64,000 nt of DNA. Source: Felis catus (Eukaryota). A program made the position numbers and the translations under genes. Under the pieces are notes generated by a model. It was not told where the DNA came from. It did no database searches and worked only from the letters and a program-made list of their open reading frames with translations. Within the stretch, counting starts at the first letter, position 1; every line of letters begins with the position of its first letter. Below, one piece after another: positions 11,515 to 21,704 of the stretch. The stretch is from positions 93,932,001 through 93,996,000 of the forward strand of contig NC_058368.1 in NCBI RefSeq assembly GCF_018350175.1, in the 5' to 3' direction.

Positions 11515-13959
11515 GGCAGCAGTCTCTGGGACATTGGCCTTAGCAACACTTTTCTAGACATGTCTCCTGTCACCAAGGGAAACCAAAGCAAAAACAAGCT
11601 ATTGGGACTACACCAAAATAAAAATCTTTTGCAAACTGAAGGAAATCATCAACAAAACAAAAAGGCAGCTTACTGAATGGAAGAAGGCATTTGCAGATGT
11701 TATATCTGATAAGAGATTATTGCCCAAAATATGCCGAGAACTTATACAAATCAACACACACCAAAACAAACAATCTGATTTAAAAATGGGCAGATGGGCA
11801 GAGGACCTGAACGGATATTTTCCCAAAGAAGACATACAGGTGGCCAACAGACACATGAAAAAATGCTCATCACTCATCATCAGGAAATGCAAATCAAACC
11901 CACAATGTAATATCCATTACATTACCCTGTCAGAACGGCTAGTATCAAAAAGACGAGAAACTACAGGTGTTGGGGAGGATGCAGAGAAAGGGGAACCCTC
12001 ATGCCCTGTTGGTGAGAATGCAAATTGGTGCAGCCACCGTGGAAACCAGCATGGAGTTTCCTCAAAAAATTAAAAATAGAAATGCCATAGAATCCAGTAA
12101 TTCCATTAGTGGGAACTTACCCAAAGAAAACAAACAACACTAATTCGAAAAGATACACAAACCCCTAGGTTTATTGCAGTATTATTTACAAAAGCCAAGG
12201 CACGGAAGCAGCCCAAGTGTCCATAAGAGAGGAATGGATAAAGGAGAGGTGGTGTATACATACACCATGGAATATCAGTCAGCCATAAGAAAGGATGAAA
12301 TCCTGCCATGTGCAACAACACGGATGGAGCTAGAGGCTATCACGCTAAGTGAAAGAACCCAGAGAAAGACGGATACCATATGACTTCACTTTACATGTGG
12401 AACCTAAAAATTGAAACAAATGAACAGCAAACGAAAGCAGAAACAGACCCATAAATACAGAGGACAAAGTGATGGCTGCCAGAGGAATGGTGGGTAGGGA
12501 GATGGGCAAAATGGGTGAAGGGGAGTGGAAGTTACGGGCTTCCGGTTATGGAAGGGATAAGTTGCAGGAATAAAAGGCACAGCCCAGGGAACGGAGTCAG
12601 TGGTATTGTAATAACATTGTATGGGGACAGATGGTGGCTACACTTGGAGTCAACATCGCATCACACACAGTGTCCGATCACTATGTCGTACCCTGGAAGC
12701 GAACAGAACCTCATGTGTCGACTATACTTCAATTAATAAAACAACTTTTTTCCGTCACTTGTGGTGGAAGCAAATGAGTGGCCAGCATTGGCCAAATGAA
12801 GCCACTTTGCTCAGCAGACCCCCGCTTTCTTTGTGTGCTTCCATTGCCCACCAGAAGGAACGGTCCAGAGGTTCCCGTGTGCCTCATTCAGTCCCCAGGC
12901 ACTTACCCAGTGCCCCCGGGGTACTTCGACTGTGCTAAGCTTGCAGTTCAAAATTCCTCACAAACGAAGCCGACCTGGAGACAGTCTCAGCTGTGGGATG
13001 CGAGCCTGCCGCTCGGCAGAGGAAATCTGCTGTTTTCTACGTTGTTTTCACCGTTCTAGGAAAACTGTAAGACTGACAGAGTTACTCCCTCACATGGCCC
13101 GGCCCCCTAGTGAGTGGAGGTGGTTCAGGACAACAAATGATGACCACCAGAGCTTCCAGACAGCCCTGCTGGGCTCGTTGGCTGGGCTCGTTGAAATGCT
13201 GTCTAGTAAAATGAAGGCATATGGAGTTTCCTGAACTGAGTCCATACCAAAAGCAGGGGGAGAGGGGGATACGCGGGGAGCGCAGGCTCTGCGTCAGGAG
13301 TCGGGGGAGGTAAGCCACAGTGTGATTGTTTAGCCTCCCCCAGGCAGGACCAGAGCAGAACACGCTCGGTTGGGAAAACTCAATGCCCCTGGGGTAGTTT
13401 AAGGTCTCCAGCATCACCCTGATAGTGGAATGGAGCAGTCGGTGCCAAGACCTCACTCCTAGAAGCCAGGCCTCATTCCAGGCGAGGCCATGCTCGCAGA
13501 GAGCTGGCATCAGAATATCTACTCATTCTTCGAGCGGCATACCTTGGTGCCACAGGACCCAGTCAAGCCAGGGCATGGCGGGACGATGACCTGGGGCATC
13601 ACCTGAACTCCAAAGGGTACGGCCCTGGGTTCCACAAAATCCCAGTCGTTGAAAGAACCTCGGACAGCTTCTCAATCCCCTAAGCAATCACTCTACTCCT
13701 ACCCAGCTCACGACGTTCCATACTCTTCACCGTATCTACACTTGGGGTGACACGTTCTCTCTTACTGAGCCCCCGGAGGTAACAGAATGCCCCCAGCAAC
13801 TTGATGAATTCCCAGTGATGGCCCAAGGGTCAAGGATTTGGATTCTGTTGAAATGCGTGGATCTCCAGGAGCCTCCATGGCGGCTGGCTGGCAGGGGGCA
13901 AGTTCGTTGAATTTAATTATCTGAATAAAGACTCCATTAACATGCCTCAAAACTCAGGA

Positions 13960-14330
13960 CGATGTAAAAAGCGCCCATCAAAAAGTCTGACCCCCCTCTT
14001 CCCCACCATCACCCACAAGTAACTGTTTTATTAGTTCCTCAAGTACGGTAGCAAATTATACATACTGCTCTGCGTGTTGCTGGCAATCACTCTCCACCAG
14101 TTGACTGAGAACTTCCTCACTCATTTCTGCAACTATGAAGGGTCCACCTGCTTTCATCCCAGCTCATTTACCGGTCCTCTGTGAATGGTCCCTCAGATCG
14201 GGTTCAATCCTCACTACTACGAATTGGGCTGCAATGGAAAATCCTGTACACACGCCTGGTGATATGTGAGAAGGCAATCCCAGAAGCGAGAGAGCGGGAT
14301 CCAAGAATCAGTGCATTCGTAATTTTTGAG
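13960..14330 (-). mobile_element. Very old L1M (L1ME-like) fragment
   Basis: degenerate catttaccggtcctctgtgaatgg...gctgcaatggaaaatcctgtacacac. Confidence 0.5.
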
Positions 14331-14799
14331 GGACGCGACCCCACCGTCTTCCACACAGGTGGCCAGTTTGCTCCTCGCGAGCGTTGGAGCAGAGTGCCTG
14401 CTTGGCAGGGGAAACGTTTGAAGATGGATGGCTCTGTGGGTCAGGGGTAGCCCTGCAGACACCACGTGAGAGAGAGGCAGGAGGCAGCGGATGGTTTCAT
14501 GCTGTCCGGAGCAGTATCCAGAAGAACCCCGGAGCGAATCTGAGAGATGCCAAATCCACTTGAGTTACTCTGGGTTTTAGAAAGGGCTCTAGAGCGTGAT
14601 CGCCCTCTGGGAGACCTCTTGCAGAACAGAAATCCAACAAAGACCACAAACCCTTGGATAAAAGAACTAAAAAAATGATTTGATGCCCCCCCCCCCCCCC
14701 CACCCAGACAAGACCGGTTTTTGAGCTTATGGGATTTTCCGTGTCTGGGGCTGAAACCCTGGTGAACAGCTGGAGGGCAGTGGGGCCACAGTGTGGACA

Positions 14800-15005
14800 G
14801 TGCACACCTGGGGATCAGGATTCGTGTGTTCTAATCCCACCTCTGCCCTTCAGTGTCCCCTGCCTTTCTGTGACTTAAGTAGCTCTCCGAGCTTCGGGTC
14901 CCTCACCTGAGCAATGGATTCCATGCTCTGCGTCTAGGGAATCAGATAATGTGGATCCACGTCTCCCGGAAAACTGGAAAGCGCTCTTCAAATGTTGGGG
15001 TTAGT
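14800..15005 (+). mobile_element. MIR
   Basis: gttctaatcccacctctgcc...tgtgactt...ctctccgagcttcgggtccctcacctgagcaatgg. Confidence 0.65.
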
Positions 15006-15702
15006 GCTACTGAAGGGCAATGTCCAATCAGAATGCTGAGAACTTTGCATCGGGCCAGGAAAAGGAATGAGAAACCCAGTCACATGGGTCCCTTGGGGGG
15101 CAACCTGGGTCGTCTGGAGAATACAGGTGCCAGCCTGTTGCACACGTTGCAGACGAGAGCTCCGATTCTAACCTCTCTGACTCCTTCGCCAACTCGTGGC
15201 CCTTGACAAGTTTATCACGGTCAAGAGAAGGACGTTCTATCTCTTCGGTGTCAGAGGTTTCCCTCTCCGCTACAGTAAGCGGGGAAGCAAAACCCAGCCC
15301 CCTCCACCGAAGGAACAGCCAACAGCTCTGAGCGCAGAGTCCTTCCGGATCGGCGAGGCAGTGGGGAAAATCTACCCATGAATATTCATTTGCTACTCAT
15401 TTAGGAGCGTTCTGTGTGAAGACCCTTTGAAAGCTGCTGGGAATTGGCATAAAAGGGTTTGATTAATTCCTGAGTCAGCTGGCGCCTACCCCAGAACACA
15501 CGCAATGGTTGTCATCGAGAGCTGGTTTACTAAAGAAAAAGTCTCTGCAGATGTGTGGGCTTTGCAACGCTACAGCTGCCCACTCTCCAGCAAGAATAAA
15601 ACAGACTCTGGGGCTGGGCTGGGCCCTCGAGAATGAAGGCACAGAACCAAACACCAAATGCAACTTCAGCTCCCTCCGGGAACATCCTGCAGGTTTGCGT
15701 CC

Positions 15703-15774
15703 GAGATGTCACGTCTGAGCAGGGAGGCTCTCTCCTCTGAGATGTCACGTCTGAACAGGGAGGCTCTCTCCTCT
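15703..15774. repeat. 36-bp tandem duplication (2 copies, 1 mismatch)
   Basis: gagatgtcacgtctga(g/a)cagggaggctctctcctct x2. Confidence 0.97.
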
Positions 15775-15912
15775 CCGCTTCATCGGCGGCACTGTCCCCG
15801 ACAGCATCAAGGAAGTGCTGGTAGGCACCTCCCAGGAGGGAATTCATTACACAGCTTGCCACCCAGCCCTGTCTCCCTGCCGTGGTGGCCTGCTTTTAGA
15901 AAGGAGTTTCTT

Positions 15913-16038
15913 GGGGCGCCTGGGTGGCTCAGTCGGTTGAGCGTCCGACTTCGGCTCAGGTTATGATCTCACCGTTCGTGGGTTTGAGCCCCGTGCTGGG
16001 CTCGGTGCTGACAGTGTAGATAGAGCCTGCTTTGGATC

Positions 16039-16070
<32 letters not shown>

Positions 16071-16126
16071 GCCCCTCCCCCGCTGGTTCTCTCCCCTGCC
16101 TTCAAGTAAATAAACATTTTAAAAAA
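15913..16126 (+). mobile_element. Can-SINE
   Basis: ggggcgcctgggtggctcagtcgg head, (CT)n, A tail. Confidence 0.95.
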
Positions 16127-16159
16127 TGCATTTCTATTTTCTTAAAGACTCAACTATTT

Positions 16160-16350
16160 TATTTTTTATAAAGCTTATTTATTTGAGAGAGAGTGAGCAG
16201 CGGAGGGGCAGAGAGAGGGAGAGAGAAAGAACCCCAAGCAGGTTCTGCCCTGTCAGCACAGAGCCCAACACGGGGCTTGAAGGCACAGACATGAGATCAT
16301 GGCCTGAGCCAAAGTCGAACACTTAACTGACTGAGCCACCCAGGCGCCCC
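16160..16350 (-). mobile_element. Can-SINE
   Basis: reverse SINE ending caggcgcccc. Confidence 0.95.
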
Positions 16351-16648
16351 GAACTTTTTCATTATTATTATATTTGTTATGCTCATCTGTGATCAGTGAG
16401 TATGGTTCGCTGAAAGCTCACATGACAGTCAGCAGTTTTTAGCAATACATTTTTTTTCTTTAATGAAGGCATGTACGCCCAGGTTTTTTAGACATAATGC
16501 TATCACTCAATAGACTACAGGATAGTATAAACATAACTTTTATATGCACTGGGAAACCAAAAAATTCATTTTGACTCTCTTTATTGAGATGTTTGCTTTA
16601 CTGAGGCGGTCTGGAACCCAACCCACAGCGTCCCTGAGGCACGCCTAT
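16351..16648 (+). mobile_element. Tigger1-derived MITE (Tigger1a-type), left end missing
   Basis: tttagacataatgctat...aaacataacttttatatgcactgggaaaccaaaaaatt...ggtctggaacc...gaggcacgcctata (right TIR plus TA). Confidence 0.85.
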
Positions 16649-16689
16649 AATGATGCCAATGGTGTAGTACCAATACCACTAAAAATGAT

Positions 16690-16850
16690 AACAGCGTTGA
16701 CTGAGTACTATACTTCAGCTTCCATGTTTTCCTCAGTCATTTAACTACCCCAACAACCCTTGGAAGGAAGGTATAATTTTTATTGCCAATTTAGTGATGA
16801 GGCTCAGAGAGGCTAATTAATTTGCCTGCGGCCGCACAGCTAGGATATGA
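16690..16850 (-). mobile_element. MIR
   Basis: caacaacccttggaagg...gaggctcagagaggctaattaatttgcc...cacagctag. Confidence 0.7.
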
Positions 16851-16925
16851 TGAAGTGATCAGTAAATCTTCAAAAAGTTCCTGGCTTTGTGGAGAGAGAA
16901 ACCCCTTTTAAAAATCTATTTTTCT

Positions 16926-17122
16926 GAAGCGCCTGGGTGGCTCGGTCAGTTAAACAACAGACTCTTGACTTTGGCTCAGGTCATGATCTCGTGGATCGTG
17001 GGTTCGAACCCCACGTCAGGCTCTGCCCTGACACTGCAGAGCTTGCTTGGGATTCTCTCTCTCCTTCTCTCTCTGCCCCTCCCCCTTTTTCTGTCTCTCA
17101 AAATAAATAAATAAACATTCTT
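16926..17122 (+). mobile_element. Can-SINE
   Basis: TSD aaaaatct(a/g)tttttctga. Confidence 0.95.
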
Positions 17123-17479
17123 TAAAAATCTGTTTTTCTGAGACGTCCTGTGCCATGCACACGAACTGTGTTTAGCTAGAACTCCACATGGGTTGTCTGG
17201 GGAACCTCTGAATTACTGTGGAAGAGATGCAAACTAAAACCAGAAAATGTGATGGGGGGTGGGTGGGACGGGGGGTCCCACCCAACTCATACAGACTGTC
17301 AGAGGTCCAACACGAGGCCACAAACCCTGACAACCTGCTACCCAGATACATCATTACCTGTTGCCCTTATTCATGGTTTCAGAACACTTTCATGTTTATA
17401 CCACATGGCAAACCCCTCAAGAAAAAGGGGGGTGGGATAAACTTACATAGCTGACACTGTTAAAACCTCACCGACAATC

Positions 17480-17960
17480 ATTTACCTGGCTGCCCCTTTT
17501 TAACAGGAACAGACCCCAAGTTTTGTTCACTCTCCCCAAAGGATTCCATGCACTTCAGGGATCGGTTAAAGCCTCCGGGGATTGGTTTAGGATGGACAAA
17601 TGAACCAATGCTCGCCAATGAGACACAGAGGAAGGCTTTCAGAAGACTTCTGGAAATGTTTTCTTCAGCTCTTAAAATGGTGCGTGAGAGAGCAAGAGTA
17701 CTTTTTTTCCTGCCTCTGCACGTTGTTGACTATATGTGAAGGCTGGAGCTGTGGCAGCCATATTGGCACCACGGGAACCAGACAAACCGGCATGCTGTAG
17801 ATGGAAAGAATCTGAGTCTTTGCTGATACTGTTGAGTAGCTAAATTAACCGATCCTGCAGATGTCTTTCTGCCGGATTTCATAACAGATGAGATCCTGAG
17901 TCCCTTTATTGTTCAAGCTTTGATGCATTCTGCCATGAGTATTTGTACATGACATGCCAC
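17480..17960 (+). mobile_element. MaLR solo LTR, MLT1I/J-like
   Basis: gattggtttagg...gccaatgagacac...ctggagctgtggcagccatatt...gatggaaagaatctgagtctttg. Confidence 0.75.
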
Positions 17961-18469
17961 TGTGCTCGTTGCTGGCAATGTTCTCCAGATATGGAGGGAA
18001 GGGTGATGAGTACATTTTGCTACCATGCCACTGTCCATAGTCCACCCATGGTCTCCCCTTTCCCCTGGCTCTCCCTGCTGACTCCCTTTCTCTGGTTCCC
18101 GGTCCAGCCGTCAGACCCCGAGCACAAAGCGCAGACATCTGATCACCTGAGCCTGACTCCTCTCCAATGTCAAGTTGTGGGTTTCCTCAGAGCTTCAGAT
18201 GACCTGTCCCTCGCTCTCTGGGTCAGTCAGTGGACACAGAGGTGGGGTGGCACTGGTGGCTGTGCTGAAAAAACTGTACGAATTTGAACCCAGCGCTGAG
18301 TAGGGAAAAGCTCAACGGTGAGGAATTCTCGAGGAAAAAGAAATCAGAGGCTATCAGTGTCTGTGCCAACAAACCCTGCTTGAGATGCAGGGACAGCAGT
18401 GTAAGGAATGTGAAGAGGCAGGACACACACAATCATAAAATTCATTTGTTTTGTAGAAGATACTATTTC

Positions 18470-18680
18470 CTGAGCGCTTACCGCATGAGGGGCAGCGCGC
18501 TACGTGATTTGGAGATGACGTCTCCTTTGCTCCTTACGACATCCTGTGATGTAGATATTTCAGTGTGTCTACTTCAGAGAGGAAAATCAAGATTATCTAA
18601 GTCTCCAAGCTCTGTGCTGCTGGTTAGTGGCAGAGCCAGGATTCAATCCAACTTCAGCTGACTCAAGAGCCCATGCACCA
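18470..18680 (-). mobile_element. MIR
   Basis: ctgagcgcttacc...tagtggcagagccaggattcaatcc...ctgactcaagagcc. Confidence 0.7.
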
Positions 18681-18729
18681 CAAACTGCCGCAATGGATAG
18701 CTTCATTCATTCCTTTGTTCATTTACCAG

Positions 18730-18950
18730 TTTGTTTGTTTGTTTTTTTTTAATTTTAGGGAGAGAGAGAGTGAATGAGCAAGCAGAGGAGAGAAGCAGAG
18801 AGAGAGACAGAGGGAGAGAGAGAATCCCAAGCAGGCTCTGCACTGTCAGCACAGAGCCCAATGTGGGGCTTGAACCCGTGGTCCTGAGATCATGACCTGA
18901 GTTGAAGCCAAGAGTTGGAAGCTCAACCGGCTGAGCCACCCAGGCGCCCC
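18730..18950 (-). mobile_element. Can-SINE inside an L2 3' end
   Basis: TSD ttcatttac; flanked by L2 tcattcattc and cagagtctctgtccttatggagct. Confidence 0.95.
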
Positions 18951-19261
18951 TTCATTTACTGTTTCAATAAGAATTTACCGAGCACAAACACTGAGCCAGC
19001 CAGGACTTGTGTTCGACAGTGAAGGTATAAAAGACAAGTAAGACAGAGTCTCTGTCCTTATGGAGCTAACGGAACAGCCGTGACATGGCTGGGCCAACAT
19101 CTCCATTTGTACCGCAGAAAGACCCCCAGGCATCATGGAGCACAAAAGGGGCAGAGACGCCATAGAAGGAGTCCTGGACGAGAGGAGATCTCCTTAGTTT
19201 TTTGGTTTCTTTTTAGAATCATTCAACATTCTCACAATGTTGAGAATGTTATACATTCTCA

Positions 19262-19700
19262 AAATACAAATCAAGACCACAATGAGATCCCACCTCACAC
19301 CTGTCAGAATGGCTCACATTAACAACTCAGGCAACAACAGGTGTTGGCCAGGATGCGAAGAAAGAGGAACCCTTCTGCACGGCCGGCGGGAATGCAAGCT
19401 GGTGCAGCCGCTCTGGAAAACAGGATGGCGGTTCCTCAAAAAACTAAAAATAGAACTACCCTACGACCCAGCAATTGCACTACTAGGAATCTATCCAAAG
19501 GATAGAAACATGCTGATGCGAAGGGGCACGTGCACCCCAATGTTTATAGCAGCACTATCGATAATCGCGGAACTATGGAAAGAGCCCAAATGTCCATTGA
19601 CTGATGGACGGATAAAGAAGATGTGGTATATATACACAATGGAATACCACCCGGCGATCAAAAAGAATGAAATCTTGCCATTTGCGACAACATGGATGGA
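19262..19700 (+). mobile_element. Felid L1 ORF2 C-terminal fragment without 3'UTR (probably the inverted arm of a minus-strand insertion)
   Basis: ORF 19237-19731: IQIKTTMRSHLTPVRMA...[14 protein letters not shown]...[14 protein letters not shown]...ILPFATTWME. Confidence 0.93.
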
Positions 19701-19729
19701 GATCTCAGTTTTAAACAATAGTTGCGAGT

Positions 19730-20065
19730 AGCTAAGGGGCTGTGGGGGGAGCCACGTTGCAGAGGGGACAGAACAGCAAGGGCTCTGCTGGTCCCTCTCT
19801 CTCCCCGTGAGGTCTCAGGTCCCCTTCCTGTGATTTCTCCAGCACAGTACTCAGACTTCTTACGTGGGGTCTGGCTCTCCCTAGAGCAAGTGCCCCCAGG
19901 CAAGGGTCTTCAAAGACAGTTTCAAACAGACACGTCATTACGTTTGCCATATTCTCTTGGGTAAAGCAGTCACAGAGCCTGTCCAGATTCAACAGGAGGG
20001 GCCATACCCCCACGTCTCAATGGGAAAAGTATCAAAGAAATTGTGGCCAGCTGTAATCGACCTCA
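19730..20065 (-). mobile_element. MaLR LTR fragment, MLT1G/H-like
   Basis: ctggctctccctagagcaagtg...gccatattctcttgggtaaagcagtcac...ccagattcaa...caaagaaattgtggcca. Confidence 0.65.
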
Positions 20066-20564
20066 GTGGCTGCAGGAACTAAACATGCTAATACACATGA
20101 AACACTTAGAGCACTGCCAGCACGAAGCAAGCACTAGACCCACGTCTGTTGTTGTTGTTGCCACCACGTTGTCACCAGTGGTGCATTCAAGATCCACAAG
20201 GTCAGGGAAGCAGGACCTTTCACCCTTGACTGCCCACCTCCCTCCACGACCTTTCCAGATAAAGGGGTGGTCCCCATTACAAAGAGGAAGATGTAACACT
20301 CACCTGCTACCTCAACCTGGCACAACAACTCTGGCCAAGGCCAGCCCGCAGCCTGATGGGGCTCCTGAAGGAGATGTGCAGGGAAGGGAAAGGCTGTGCC
20401 CTTGTCTGGCACCTGCATCCAACACCACCTGGTTCACCCGTCTGCAGCCCTGACTCACAGGACAGAGGCTTGTGTGGAACACATCCAGCTGTGATGGCCT
20501 CCTTTGTAGAACGCTCTGCTCCACGGTTTCCGGGTAAATAAAGCCTACAAGGAAAAGAAAGATT

Positions 20565-20718
20565 GGGGTGCCTGGTGGCTCAGTCGGTTGAGTGTCTAGC
20601 TTCGGCTCAGGTCATGATCTCACAGTTCATGAGCTCAAGACCCGCATCGGGCTCTGTGCTGTCAGCACAGAAACCGCTTCAGTTTCTCCTTTCCTCTCTC
20701 TCTCTCTCTCTCTGCCCC

Positions 20719-20760
<42 letters not shown>

Positions 20761-20778
20761 AAAAATAAACAAACAGTT
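20565..20778 (+). mobile_element. Can-SINE
   Basis: SINE head, long (CT)n, tail. Confidence 0.95.
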
Positions 20779-20944
20779 GGGGTGCCTGGGTGGTTCAGTC
20801 GGTTCAGCCTCCAACTTCGGCTCAGGTCATGATCTCACAATTTGTGAGTTTGAGCCCCACGTTGGACTCTCTGCTGACAGCTCAGAGGCTGGAGCCTGCT
20901 TCAGAATCTGTGTCTCCCTCTCTCTCTGCTCCTCCCCTGCCTGT

Positions 20945-20976
<32 letters not shown>

Positions 20977-21040
20977 TGTCTCAAAAACGAATGAATATTA
21001 AAATTTTTTTTTTAATTAATAAAAACAAAGGGTTAAAATA
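20779..21040 (+). mobile_element. Can-SINE inserted in the tail of the previous SINE
   Basis: second full head directly after aaacaaacagtt. Confidence 0.95.
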
Positions 21041-21159
21041 AAAGAAGGAAGATTGTACTTTCCAGCTGTGCCTCTTGTCCTTTATGGTAAATGTTTCCTA
21101 TCCCTTCCTTCCCTCCCATCAAGATGAATGTATGCAGAGTCACGTACGCTTGCATTTAC

Positions 21160-21704
21160 CCACTCACACATTGAACAAACACTTACTAAGCACCTACAGC
21201 GTATACAGAGCTGAACAAGACACACAAATCTTTCCGATATAAAGCTAATATTTTAATGGAGGGAGCCAGATAATAAACAAGTATGTAAGGAGGTAAACTT
21301 ACTCAGCGGAGTAAGTGAAAGAAGTCAAGCGTGAATCCCAGGGTTCTGGCTTTGTCACCTGGGTGAATCATGAGGCCATTTGCCAAGAGGGGAAAGACAT
21401 GGGATGTGGGAGGGCAGGGACAAGTCGGGAAAGTGAAAGAGGCCATTTGCCAAGAGGGGAAAGACATGGGATGTGGGAGGGCAGGGACAAGTTAGGAAAG
21501 TGAAAACCAGGAGGTCCATTGTGGGTGTGTTCCGTGTGAAATTCTGGTGGGATTATCAAGGGGAGACATTGACAAGGTCATTGGATGAGCGGGTCTGGAA
21601 TATAGGAGAAAGGTCTGTGCTTGAGTTATATAAATCCAGGAACCATCAGCACACAGATAGTATTTAAATGTGCAGGACTAAATGAGATCACTTGGGAGCA
21701 CGTA
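21160..21704 (-). mobile_element. L2 LINE relic
   Basis: aacaaacacttactaagcacctac ... catcagcacacagatagtatttaaa...atgagatcac. Confidence 0.75.
21372..21505. repeat. 67-bp tandem duplication (2 copies, 2 mismatches) inside L2
   Basis: gaggccatttgccaagaggggaaagacatgggatgtgggagggcagggacaagt(cg/ta)ggaaagtgaaa x2. Confidence 0.97.

Larger units (their letters stand above)
10435..12740 (+). mobile_element. Older carnivore L1, 3' ~1.5 kb, interrupted by nested inserts
   Basis: ORF2 peptides [19 protein letters not shown] and WAEDLNGYFPKEDIQVANRHMKKCS; 3'UTR ending tgtcgactatacttcaattaataaaa; frameshifted. Confidence 0.92.

Noticed and set aside
15703..15774. 36-bp repeat as a CRISPR-like unit
   Set aside because: Two adjacent copies with no spacer, no cas genes, mammalian context
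19237..19731. 164-aa ORF, the longest in the window, as a domesticated L1 protein
   Set aside because: It is an L1 ORF2 C-terminal fragment with no promoter evidence, and the last Cys of the CCHC knuckle is replaced (HGRREC vs HCWWEC); staying open over 440 nt is expected for a fairly young copy
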